50,488 nt of DNA from a virus (lineage: Duplodnaviria; Caudoviricetes), in the IMG/VR virus record IMGVR_UViG_3300005326_000058, positions 1 through 50,488 of that record; one strand, written 5' to 3'. A program made the position numbers and the translations under genes. Below, piece by piece: positions 17,431 through 25,816 of the stretch. The notes below the pieces were generated by a model. It searched no databases. It saw only the letters and a list, made by a program, of their open reading frames with translations, and was not told the origin of the DNA. Positions within the stretch are counted from its first letter, which is position 1, and every line of letters starts with the position of its first letter.

Positions 17431-17763
17431 TTAAACCTCCCCTTCAACTGATAAGTCCTGGTCACCGGTGGTGAAATAGCAGAGCTTCACCAAGTCAAGG
17501 GCATTCAGATCCGGGTAGAACTGTCTGAGAGTGTCCATGGCCTCATCCCTGGAAGATGTGTTCGTGTCCATCAAGAGGATGGCTTCAGGTATCTCACACA
17601 CCTGGACCAATGTCATGGAGAATAAGAATGCTTTAAACTGCCTTGTAGGTGTTTTTATATTGTAACCCTGGCCGGGTTTTATGGATTTACTCGCCTTCCT
17701 GATGGTTGGAAAGATGGTTTCCTGGAGCTTAGGGAAGTCTTCTTTGAAGGTTATTGTTTTCAT
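17431..17763 (-). CDS. ASCH/PUA-like domain protein
   Basis: ITF...TIR...KPG...FYP pattern resembles ASCH. Confidence 0.5.
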   Translation of the reverse strand: MKTITFKEDFPKLQETIFPTIRKASKSIKPGQGYNIKTPTRQFKAFLFSMTLVQVCEIPEAILLMDTNTSSRDEAMDTLRQFYPDLNALDLVKLCYFTTGDQDLSVEGEV

Positions 17764-17766
17764 AGG

Positions 17767-18192
17767 TTAGTCCTCCAACAATTCAGGATTCTCAAATTTA
17801 TTCCCAATCACTTTGACGCATGCTTTTGTAACTTTTGGATTGGTAATGGTATCAAACCAGACCATTCCATTCTTAGTCTTACCTTTAAAAGCAAATGCTA
17901 AAGCTCCGTATTCTACAACCCCCTTAACTTCTTCTATGTAATGGGGTGGTTTCCCAGCAACTATGTCTCCCTGATATATTTCGGTGCCATTGCGGTCCTT
18001 TAGGCCTGTGAATTGAAGTAACTCACAATTCTTTGCTTTAAACTCATAGGAGGTGTTACCATCAAAACAATCAATATACTCAATGCACAATGGTTCTAAA
18101 TTTAATTGAGTTTCATAAACCCATTCAATTCCATCAACTGGGAACATTTTTTTTAATTCTTTATGCCAGGCTTTGAATTTTAGTATTGACAT
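17767..18192 (-). CDS. YopX family protein
   Basis: KFKAW...QFTGLKDRNGTEIYQGDIV...VIGNKFENPELLE. Confidence 0.93.
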   Translation of the reverse strand: MSILKFKAWHKELKKMFPVDGIEWVYETQLNLEPLCIEYIDCFDGNTSYEFKAKNCELLQFTGLKDRNGTEIYQGDIVAGKPPHYIEEVKGVVEYGALAFAFKGKTKNGMVWFDTITNPKVTKACVKVIGNKFENPELLED

Positions 18193-18540
18193 CTATTTCC
18201 CCCTTTCCTTATTCCCCAGCCCTGCAAAGAAATTTAAAATCATACTGGTAATATTAGACAGTTTAGAAAGGATATAAGTGAAAATAGAACCTTCTTTCCG
18301 GCTGTTAATAATATGCCATCTACTCTTAACTCCAGGTACAGTTCTCTCCAGGTTTTCTGCAATCTCTTCCCAGGTTAAATCCATACTCTTATAATGCCTT
18401 AACATGGTGTCGTCTGAGTCATTCCATGATTTCTTATACATCACTGGTTTATCCTCACTTCCAGGTTGATCAACTGGAAGGTCGTAGATGTGCCTCTTAA
18501 CAGCTTCCGGGCTTCTTTTATGGTAGCCTTTGATGTTCAT
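18193..18540 (-). CDS. Myb/SANT-like HTH protein
   Basis: WNDSDD..L...TWEEIAENLERT...VKSRW. Confidence 0.75.
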   Translation of the reverse strand: MNIKGYHKRSPEAVKRHIYDLPVDQPGSEDKPVMYKKSWNDSDDTMLRHYKSMDLTWEEIAENLERTVPGVKSRWHIINSRKEGSIFTYILSKLSNITSMILNFFAGLGNKERGK

Positions 18541-18653
18541 CTTAGTTCTGACATGGAACTCCTTGCTAATCTGAAACTTATCCTTACCAGCCTGTACGCA
18601 TTCAGTAAGGAACTCATCTTCGATTGGACTCCACCGTGGCCCCTTCCCGATAC

Positions 18654-19145
18654 TTACACCCCCTTCTTAGCCATGCTTTTTGGTTGATTCAGTTCAACAT
18701 ACTTCTCTAAAACTCTGAATAAGATTGATTCAGTGTCTTCTCTTTCATCTTCAACATCATTCAAAAGATAGATGCCTATGAATCGGTTGAGTTTATTCTG
18801 TAATCTTAAAGCATTTTCAACCCGGTTCATCATGTGCATACGTTCTATGTCCCTGAGTGATTGGTGCAACTTATTGATCACCTCTAATCTCTTATCAAGT
18901 ATGATTCTAAGAGGTTCAACTGCAAAGAAAGAGAGATTATAATAATTAGAATAAATATCTTGAAGTATTTCTTCCATCTGCCTGTTAACAGTTATTAATT
19001 CATTGAATAATACAGGCGTGTCTTCATGGAAAACTTTATTATAATTAGGAATGATTCTATCCTGCCTATCATAGAGGCTGTTCATCTTTTCAACCCATTT
19101 CTCCATCCCTATGTCTTCAATATGTTCTTTCAATTTTTCATCCAT
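18654..19145 (-). CDS. Helical hypothetical protein
   Basis: ORF with GGGTGA RBS. Confidence 0.6.
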   Translation of the reverse strand: MDEKLKEHIEDIGMEKWVEKMNSLYDRQDRIIPNYNKVFHEDTPVLFNELITVNRQMEEILQDIYSNYYNLSFFAVEPLRIILDKRLEVINKLHQSLRDIERMHMMNRVENALRLQNKLNRFIGIYLLNDVEDEREDTESILFRVLEKYVELNQPKSMAKKGV

Positions 19146-19175
19146 CTTTTCACCCCTTTTAAAAAAAAAGTAAAA

Positions 19176-19730
19176 TTAGCCCCCTTTCTCTTTAAGGTGG
19201 GCCTCCAGTTGTTCCCCTGGCAGTAACTCAGGTTCGGATTCTGGAACTGCATTGGATGTTTCAGCTGCCAGGTAGGCAGATTCCAGTAACGGCTTAATCA
19301 CTGGTATAGCTCCCTCTGTAGTCATGCCCTTGGAAGCTGGTTTGATATACGCCTTCCCACTGTAAGGGTCCGTCTGCATGATTAAACCTTTCTCAGGGCA
19401 GATTTCAGCCAGTTGGAGTAAGTTATATTGATCCATCTCTATTCTGACTCCTTTCTCTGAGACTTGGTAAGGAACCGTTCTACCCTCTTTAAGGATTTCA
19501 TCAATCCTTGCCGTGATTTTCTGATCAATAATTCTCTTCTGGATTGCCAGCTTCTGCAGATCCTCATCCTTGACAATGGAATCAATCTCCATAGTGGTGA
19601 TCTTATCCACCTTGAGGGTTTCCACCTGGGCCCCGGTCCAGGTAGATCTTAAAGGAGTGAGTAACTTCTTAACCTCACTCTCCTTCATTTCTGCCAGTTT
19701 CTCTTTTGCTAAATCTTCTATTGATTGCAT
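19176..19730 (-). CDS. Hypothetical protein
   Basis: ORF with RBS, coupled to the SSB-like gene. Confidence 0.65.
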   Translation of the reverse strand: MQSIEDLAKEKLAEMKESEVKKLLTPLRSTWTGAQVETLKVDKITTMEIDSIVKDEDLQKLAIQKRIIDQKITARIDEILKEGRTVPYQVSEKGVRIEMDQYNLLQLAEICPEKGLIMQTDPYSGKAYIKPASKGMTTEGAIPVIKPLLESAYLAAETSNAVPESEPELLPGEQLEAHLKEKGG

Positions 19731-19732
19731 GT

Positions 19733-20317
19733 TTATTCCCCCTCCTTAGCAGGGTACCGTTTAACTATCTCGGGCTTAACCAAATTCCAGAATGCATCAT
19801 CATCACCAATCTGTTCCTTAGCCTCCTGGAGCATGTTAATCTCAATTAGAATCATGCCCTTACCTTTGACATCCTCTTCAACCCCTTGGATGAAGGCTGC
19901 AACCTCTCCAGGATCGTAATTGTTCAAAGTAGGTTTATTGTTCTCAGGCTCCAGATCATCACCTGCAGCTCCTGAAGTAGTGTCCTGACCGGCTGGCCGG
20001 TGGTGAACTTCATAAAGCTTAGTAGGAGATAATGGAGGTTTATTAGTTTTAGTACCTGTAAATTCAATACACACCTCATGTCCTACTGGAATATCCTTAA
20101 ACAAGTCATCAAGGACGGTGGTCCCATAGACTGTAATAAGGTCTCCTTCGCTTTCGACAATGTACCTTTTCAATTCTTCTTTGGGATTGTTTGGGTTCTT
20201 ATCAACCTCAGTCTTCTTATAAACCCCTATAATGAAGTTTCCAACATCAGGGTTCCATTTACGACCTTGGGCTTTAACCCATCCATCCTCTCCGTGTTTT
20301 ACACCTTTTACTACCAT
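19733..20317 (-). CDS. Putative OB-fold single-stranded DNA-binding protein
   Basis: WNP..G..I.GVY...TVYGTTVLDD.F..IPVG.EV.I.F.G pattern with an acidic tail. True start MVVKG follows an AGGTGA RBS; the longer ORF would run through the tRNA. Confidence 0.6.
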   Translation of the reverse strand: MVVKGVKHGEDGWVKAQGRKWNPDVGNFIIGVYKKTEVDKNPNNPKEELKRYIVESEGDLITVYGTTVLDDLFKDIPVGHEVCIEFTGTKTNKPPLSPTKLYEVHHRPAGQDTTSGAAGDDLEPENNKPTLNNYDPGEVAAFIQGVEEDVKGKGMILIEINMLQEAKEQIGDDDAFWNLVKPEIVKRYPAKEGE

Positions 20318-20339
20318 ATTAATCACCTTTTTATGTGAA

Positions 20340-20421
20340 CGCCTGGACCCGGATTTGAACCGGGGAGTTGCATTGCAGCACGGCTTAGCAGACCGTCTCC
20401 ATACCACTTGGATACCCAGGC
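20340..20421 (-). tRNA. tRNA-Ser(GCT)
   Basis: Acceptor GCCTGGG/TCCAGGC, D arm TCC-AAGTGGTAT-GGA, anticodon arm ACGGT-CTGCTAA-GCCGT, extended variable region, T arm CCCGG-TTCAAAT-CCGGG, discriminator G; no encoded CCA, no intron. Confidence 0.92.
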
Positions 20422-20435
20422 AAAAGAATAATAAA

Positions 20436-20834
20436 TTAAAAGTCAATCACTCCAGTTATATACCATTCTGGAGGCTCACCCGCCGGTGGGGAGTAATATA
20501 AACTCCTAGTATGCATCCTATTATGAATCTGAGTCTTAGACAAGCCCCCTAACCGTTCGCCTATTTCAGTGGCGTTAAGATTCTCCTCATTACGCAGGTA
20601 ATAGATCTTCCAATCCACGTCTTCAATCAAATCACATGGAGTATATTGAGACCGTGGCCTTGGATGGTACCCTGGACGGCTGACCTTAATAATTCTAGCC
20701 CTGGCATAAATAGAAGGTAAAGTCCTATCCAAGTCATTTTGAAGGTCTTTAACGTGTGCAACTTTGGGGTAGTTCTCCCTGAGATAATCATCCTCTTTCG
20801 GATCCCATGCGTTCCAATTCCCATTTCTAGACAT
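20436..20834 (-). CDS. Myb-like plus HTH DNA-binding protein
   Basis: WDPKEDDYLRENY...L.RT..SIY.RA, then LNATEIGERLG. Confidence 0.7.
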   Translation of the reverse strand: MSRNGNWNAWDPKEDDYLRENYPKVAHVKDLQNDLDRTLPSIYARARIIKVSRPGYHPRPRSQYTPCDLIEDVDWKIYYLRNEENLNATEIGERLGGLSKTQIHNRMHTRSLYYSPPAGEPPEWYITGVIDF

Positions 20835-20837
20835 ACA

Positions 20838-21098
20838 TTACACCCCTATCATCACAGTTTCAGTCACTAATAAAACCGCTGCAGCCATAGGGAGGACCAC
20901 GCATGCTATACGTAAAATGGTTTTAAGGCTCTTTAAATTCCTGGTAAACCAGGACGGCCTCTTCTTGAATAAATTGCGTTTCTCCTTAACCCATACTGAA
21001 GGCTTCCAGATAGCCTGGCATTTAGGACATTTAAACATGCCATTCTTTTCCTCAATTCTGATTTCGCATATCGGACATTTACTTTGCATTTCCATCAC
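20838..21098 (-). CDS. Zinc-ribbon protein with C-terminal TM helix
   Basis: CPIC and CPKC pairs; hydrophobic C-terminus. Confidence 0.6.
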   Translation of the reverse strand: MMEMQSKCPICEIRIEEKNGMFKCPKCQAIWKPSVWVKEKRNLFKKRPSWFTRNLKSLKTILRIACVVLPMAAAVLLVTETVMIGV

Positions 21099-21303
21099 CT
21101 TTTTTTAAAAACGTGTCTTCCTTCCAGGACTTTCCACACTTCCCATGACAATTTAACATCGTATCTCCGTTTGAAGGGTAATAGCAGTACGCCCCACATT
21201 CAGGGCACACTGCGGGCTTAGTCACCTTATGCTCGGTAATATCATGCTCCAAATCATTATCCTTGAATCTGATTCTAGGCATGTTTGCGGGCAAACTCAC
21301 CAA
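21079..21303 (-). CDS. Zinc-ribbon protein
   Basis: CPECG...CHGKCG; GGAGG RBS. Confidence 0.6.
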   Translation of the reverse strand: MVSLPANMPRIRFKDNDLEHDITEHKVTKPAVCPECGAYCYYPSNGDTMLNCHGKCGKSWKEDTFLKKGDGNAK

Positions 21304-21598
21304 TCCTCCTAAACTCAGTTATAACTAGGTTGCAGAAGTCTTCGCAGGTCCTTTGAAGTTCATCCAGGAAGACACCCTCATTGATAACTTCCTGTTCCCT
21401 GATATGACGCTCCCATGAAGTCATCTATGATCCCCCTTTAAACGGGCACTCCTTCAAACAAGGCAGGCCCTGGCAGTCGGAACATTCATGCTGAAATGCA
21501 TCCTCTTCTATAACTCCATGCTTTTCCATTAGGTTTTGACATTCCTGTTCTAAGGCCACGGCCACGCTAGCGGCGTATATTTCATGATTCATAGGCAT

Positions 21599-21910
21599 TT
21601 AGTTCACCCCTTTTTCTCGAATAATATCTACATGCAATTTGAACATCTCAGGATCCGTGTACTTCCTGAGTTCAACCTTCCAATCCAGGTCAGATTTAAG
21701 TATCATCACCTGTTCACCTTCATCAATCCAAGTAGTGTCAGCTATCCCTGGTTTAACTTCTTTAGATTTGATTTCATAGTAGTCTTCAATCATCTGGAAA
21801 TCAACCTTATCTGGGTTGAACTTCCCAAGGTGAGCCTCATAACCTGGCATCACCTGGGGTTCACCACTACAAAGGCTCATTAAAACCGTGTACGCCTGGC
21901 TGACTATCAT
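21599..21910 (-). CDS. Hypothetical protein
   Basis: Start reassigned to MIVSQAY because a separate 45-aa ORF (21912..22049) occupies the upstream sequence. Confidence 0.55.
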   Translation of the reverse strand: MIVSQAYTVLMSLCSGEPQVMPGYEAHLGKFNPDKVDFQMIEDYYEIKSKEVKPGIADTTWIDEGEQVMILKSDLDWKVELRKYTDPEMFKLHVDIIREKGVN

Positions 21911-22050
21911 CCTAATCATCTCCCTGGAAGAGTTCAACCGGCTGGACATGTGCACCTTCAATATTAGCAGCCATGCATTCAGCCTGTTCTTTATCACTAG
22001 TGGAGCCGTAAACTTTGGCCGTGTCTAAAACTAAGTACTTGTATTTCATT

Positions 22051-22272
22051 CTAAAACCCTCTTAAAATGCAGATTTCAAATATTCTACCATCCTGGAACC
22101 GTTGATAACAGCGGGTTCCATTGGTGACCTCTTTGTCTGGGAAGTCTGGCAGGTCCTCCGGTGTCACCCTGGCATAATCATCCTCGGTGACATCATGTAT
22201 CTTAATAGTCTGATCTTTTCTCAGGACCCTCTGGACCCTGTCCACGGTGTCCACCTGGTATTTGGTTAACAT
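22051..22272 (-). CDS. Hypothetical protein
   Basis: ORF in the packed operon. Confidence 0.6.
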   Translation of the reverse strand: MLTKYQVDTVDRVQRVLRKDQTIKIHDVTEDDYARVTPEDLPDFPDKEVTNGTRCYQRFQDGRIFEICILRGF

Positions 22273-22611
22273 TTAAACCCGCTCCATTTCCAGGACTTCA
22301 TAAACCTTAACTCTCATGGAGTCATTGTCTCTGTTCTGGATAAAATCAAGTAAATCTTTCAAAGAGTTTCTCTGGAAGGATGGCATCATACCAGTCCTAG
22401 TATTATGGTCTATTACTGCAGTCCACCATTCTTGGTCATCAAAAAAATAGAATTGAATAAAACCTTTCCAGGTGTGAGAACTTCCAGGTTTTTTTACTAG
22501 GATTTTATAAATGGTGTCTGGATGTCCCATACCGGGCCATCCTTGGTGTTGTAGCTGCAGTTTTCTCCCTGGTATTGGGATCTGTTGTTTGACTTCTTTG
22601 GCTGAAATCAT
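22273..22611 (-). CDS. Hypothetical protein
   Basis: ORF in the packed operon with RBS. Confidence 0.6.
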   Translation of the reverse strand: MISAKEVKQQIPIPGRKLQLQHQGWPGMGHPDTIYKILVKKPGSSHTWKGFIQFYFFDDQEWWTAVIDHNTRTGMMPSFQRNSLKDLLDFIQNRDNDSMRVKVYEVLEMERV

Positions 22612-22807
22612 AACTTATTCCCCCTCTTTCCTCCCAAATGCAGCGTAGTCTATTATTATAGGTTCGATATCATCCCAGTCCATGTCTGCAACACTTTTTT
22701 TTCCGTTCATAGTTTTCACAACCGTTTATGATAAGAATCTGGGAAGGAGTTCCAGGCATGGCGGGCCTGTTGGGTTTCTTCCCACACTATAACATTGGTG
22801 TTAATGG

Positions 22808-22845
22808 TATAAATACTTTACTGTAAATGCTGTATTTACTGTAAT
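22808..22845 (-). promoter_or_regulatory. Archaeal promoter with tandem TACAG operator boxes, copy 1
   Basis: Minus strand TTACAGTAAATACAGCATTTACAGTAAAGTATTTATA (BRE-like AAAG plus TTTATA); nearly identical to 24535..24572. Confidence 0.7.
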
Positions 22846-22930
22846 ATAATAATATAAATATAATATATATAATATAATAATAATTATAATAATATAAATA
22901 ATAAATAAATAATAAAGTAAAAAAGAGTAA
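22843..22930. other. Near-pure A/T tract; candidate origin unwinding element
   Basis: About 70 consecutive A/T bases (ATA/AATA microrepeats) in an intergenic region beside replication-related genes. Confidence 0.55.
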
Positions 22931-23045
22931 AAGCGTGTGTATAGCTTGGCTGCATATCTGTATACCTTATACACATGTCGAAAAAAGATATATAAATTTG
23001 AGATATGTGTAGTGTGTATACTACCTACAGCCATCATGAGGAGTT

Positions 23046-23636
23046 TCATGATCGAAATTCCTCTTCTAAAATTGATTGGAGTTTATCAGATTCTAAATTC
23101 AAACCATAAGCCCATCTTTTTACATCACTCTGGTTTAATTTTCCTTCATTCTCATATTGCCTTTTAAAAAAAGCTTTAGCTTTATCAATCTCGTCCTTAG
23201 GTTTTTCAGTGCTAAAATAAGATTCTAAATTCAACTTAGTTAATTCTCCAGAATTAACAGGATCTATAATTTCCTTTTTGACAAGTTTCTTAATATCTCC
23301 CATACTCAAATTCAGTTGAACCCGCCTGACATCAAGTACAGGATCATGAATAACATTATCATTCAAATAACCTCTAGCCAGGTCCTTGAGAACTTCGGCC
23401 TGGGAATCGGGATCGATTATAATTTCATCCCTAAGTTTATCCATTTCATTTTCAACATTCGTCAATTGTTTCAATAATACGTCCCTTTTTTCTTCTAATA
23501 CTGCATAATTACTATTTTTACCCATTAAAAATTTATATCCTTCAATTAATGCTTTAGATGGACCAATACCTTTCTTCTTTCCTGCTTCTATCAATTCCTC
23601 ATGTTCTTTCTTAATATATACGTTGAGACGAGCCAT
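23046..23636 (-). CDS. Protein with N-terminal RHH-like domain and coiled coil; possible regulator or initiator
   Basis: MARLNVYIKKEHEELIE...PSKALIEG beta-alpha-alpha pattern. Confidence 0.55.
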   Translation of the reverse strand: MARLNVYIKKEHEELIEAGKKKGIGPSKALIEGYKFLMGKNSNYAVLEEKRDVLLKQLTNVENEMDKLRDEIIIDPDSQAEVLKDLARGYLNDNVIHDPVLDVRRVQLNLSMGDIKKLVKKEIIDPVNSGELTKLNLESYFSTEKPKDEIDKAKAFFKRQYENEGKLNQSDVKRWAYGLNLESDKLQSILEEEFRS

Positions 23637-24490
23637 TATGCCACCCTCAGATAGCCTTTTTGAGGTTCATAAACTATTCCTCGCCTTTTTAAATACATTA
23701 TATGATTACTAGTTCCTTCTCCACACAAATTATGATTATCCTCCATTATTTCAATTAAAACGTTAATAGGAGCCCTACCTCCATATTCTCCTTCCAATTC
23801 CAGAATATGCTTTTTCATTAAATTTATTTTTTCACCATCAATCCTAGAAGCCTCTCTTTTTTTAATAACTTCCTCATATTCTTCTTTATACTCAGATTTA
23901 TCAATAATTACCCGATATAATCCTCCTTTGGCCCTATAAATCCACCCCATTTCGATTAAATCTTTCAGAATAGATAAAGTAAATCCTTCAGATTTCTGGT
24001 AATCCTGGGCCATTACTGCAATTATTGTAAACTTATTGATTCCTACATCAATAGATTCATCAAAAAGAATATCATTATTTTTTTCAAATTCTTTAAGAAC
24101 TTCCCAGACTAAACAGTGATTCTGTGTAGCAGTAATTCCATTAATTTTAAATACATCGTCAATATCATCATTGATTACATCATGTGAACTTATTGGTGCA
24201 ATATCTAAATTTTCACCATGGATTGAATATTTATTCACTCTAAAACAATCAATAAATGATTTCAACCCATATTCATACCTAAACCATTCCCCTGATTCTC
24301 TATACTCGTCAAATATTAGATGTAATGTTTTTTCTAGTGTTTCGTCTCCAGGAATTGTATAAAGTAAATTAAGTTTAACTGGATTAGCAGTTTGTAAATC
24401 CCTTAAACGTTTTTTAGGATTCTTAGCAATCCCTATTTTAACAAATTCTCCAGCAAGAATAAAATAAATTTGTTTAATCTCAGAACCCAT
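23636..24490 (-). CDS. GIY-YIG (T5orf172/MUG113-like) domain fused to MCM-type winged-helix domains
   Basis: IYFI...VKIG.A.NP.KRL.DLQTANP...E..LH..F...R..GEWF; C-terminal YGGRAPINVLI...GIVYEPQKGYLRV. Confidence 0.8.
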   Translation of the reverse strand: MGSEIKQIYFILAGEFVKIGIAKNPKKRLRDLQTANPVKLNLLYTIPGDETLEKTLHLIFDEYRESGEWFRYEYGLKSFIDCFRVNKYSIHGENLDIAPISSHDVINDDIDDVFKINGITATQNHCLVWEVLKEFEKNNDILFDESIDVGINKFTIIAVMAQDYQKSEGFTLSILKDLIEMGWIYRAKGGLYRVIIDKSEYKEEYEEVIKKREASRIDGEKINLMKKHILELEGEYGGRAPINVLIEIMEDNHNLCGEGTSNHIMYLKRRGIVYEPQKGYLRVA

Positions 24491-24534
24491 GAAATCCCTC
24501 CTTGACTTTCATGGTTAATATTTTATTTAAATAA

Positions 24535-24572
24535 TATAAATACTTTACTGTAATGTCTGTATTTACAGTAAA
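24535..24572 (-). promoter_or_regulatory. Archaeal promoter with tandem TACWG operator boxes, copy 2 (divergent control region)
   Basis: Minus strand TTTACTGTAAATACAGACATTACAGTAAAGTATTTATA. Confidence 0.7.
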
Positions 24573-24651
24573 TAAATAATAAGTATAAATAGTTGAAAAC
24601 ATAAAGAATATAAATAGTAATTGCGATATAACCTGTAAAGGAGGTGAAGCT

Positions 24652-24819
24652 ATGGGAAAAATATACTTCCAACCAGAATTAAGTGATTCGACTGAAGCTG
24701 AATTTAGAGAGAAAGCAAATAAACGATATAAAAACAAACATGGAGCATTCAATAAAACCATTATAGATCTGATTGAAGCATTTGTTAATGGAGATATTGA
24801 ACTACCTGTAGTAGAATAA
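24652..24819 (+). CDS. Small RHH-like regulator (55 aa)
   Basis: Hand translation MGKIYFQPELSDSTEAEFREKA...GAFNKTIIDLIEAFV; strong AGGAGGTGA RBS; absent from the ORF track. Confidence 0.75.
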   Translation: MGKIYFQPELSDSTEAEFREKANKRYKNKHGAFNKTIIDLIEAFVNGDIELPVVE

Positions 24820-24969
24820 CCCTCTTCCTTTTCAATTTCACAACCATTCTGGCCCTGGTTTTCCAGGGCTTCACTATCATAACTATTTTCAACATGTTCC
24901 AAAATGGAACATACTCCCAGGACCTGGATCCTACCTGCAGCTGTAATCATAGATCTACACCTGCAGTGG

Positions 24970-25209
24970 TTAGACTTGTTTCAGTAGTTGTTCACTTTCT
25001 TCCTTGAGCACCTTACACTCTGCAAACAATTGCCGGGTTTGCAGGCTGCCAGGATCTATAATTTTCTGGACTCTATACTCATGGAATTTTTCAAAAAAAG
25101 TATCCTGTAATTCTATGGTTTGCTGTAATAGCTTTAACCGTTTAGAGCTATCGCTAATACTGCTACTATTCCCCGCCTTTCCGTTAAATATATATTGCTT
25201 GGATTCCAA
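24970..25209 (-). CDS. Hypothetical protein
   Basis: ORF downstream of a hairpin leader; start uncertain. Confidence 0.45.
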   Translation of the reverse strand: MESKQYIFNGKAGNSSSISDSSKRLKLLQQTIELQDTFFEKFHEYRVQKIIDPGSLQTRQLFAECKVLKEESEQLLKQV

Positions 25210-25546
25210 ACCTTTTGTTAGCAGACTTGCACTCCCCTGTGCTGTTTGTTAGAGGTTAGGGTGTTCATATCATGGGTTGCAGCCCATGTATGATAGTTAG
25301 TCCTAACCTCGACCTTACTTACTTATTTTTGTATTACATTTTTCGGGTATATAAGTATTGTTAAATAGTGTCAGCGTCTGAGAACTATTAGGATTATTTT
25401 AGGCTGTTTTTTTATTAACCGGGGCAGTTATGGCATTTTAAACATTATATTCATACGTTAAAAATTGTTCATCATAAGCAAGATTTAATAACGAACAATC
25501 AAAGATGAAAGTAAAGACTTACAATTACTAAAGGAATGACATTAAA

Positions 25547-25816
25547 ATGAAAAAGGTAAATGTGTGTGGAAGGGTTGATATTGAAGTCCTGCAAACATTC
25601 AACGAAAACATCAAACAATTAAAAGGCAAACCATTTGGCAGTAAAGGCCGTGGCCTGGAAACATCAATGAGAATCATGAACAATTATTTCAGGATCTATG
25701 AGGATAGAACACTCATCAGCATTGCAGAGGAATTAAACCTGCAACCCTGGGAACTTGGAGAGGTGATAATAAAACAGTGGATTGAAATGTATAGGAAAGT
25801 ACATGAAGATAATTAA
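25547..25816 (+). CDS. RHH-like regulator
   Basis: MKKVNVCGRVDIEVLQTF...KG..LETSM pattern; convergent with the integrase. Confidence 0.55.
   Translation: MKKVNVCGRVDIEVLQTFNENIKQLKGKPFGSKGRGLETSMRIMNNYFRIYEDRTLISIAEELNLQPWELGEVIIKQWIEMYRKVHEDN

Noticed and set aside
20318-20446. N-terminal extension of ORF 19733..20446
   Set aside because: It runs through the tRNA; an ATG with a good RBS lies at 20317.
22801-23167. ORFs 22801..23049 (-) and 22937..23167 (+)
   Set aside because: Low-complexity I/Y translations of the A/T tract and promoter.
24480-24950. 156-aa minus-strand ORF
   Set aside because: It is antisense to the RHH gene with a strong RBS and crosses a promoter.
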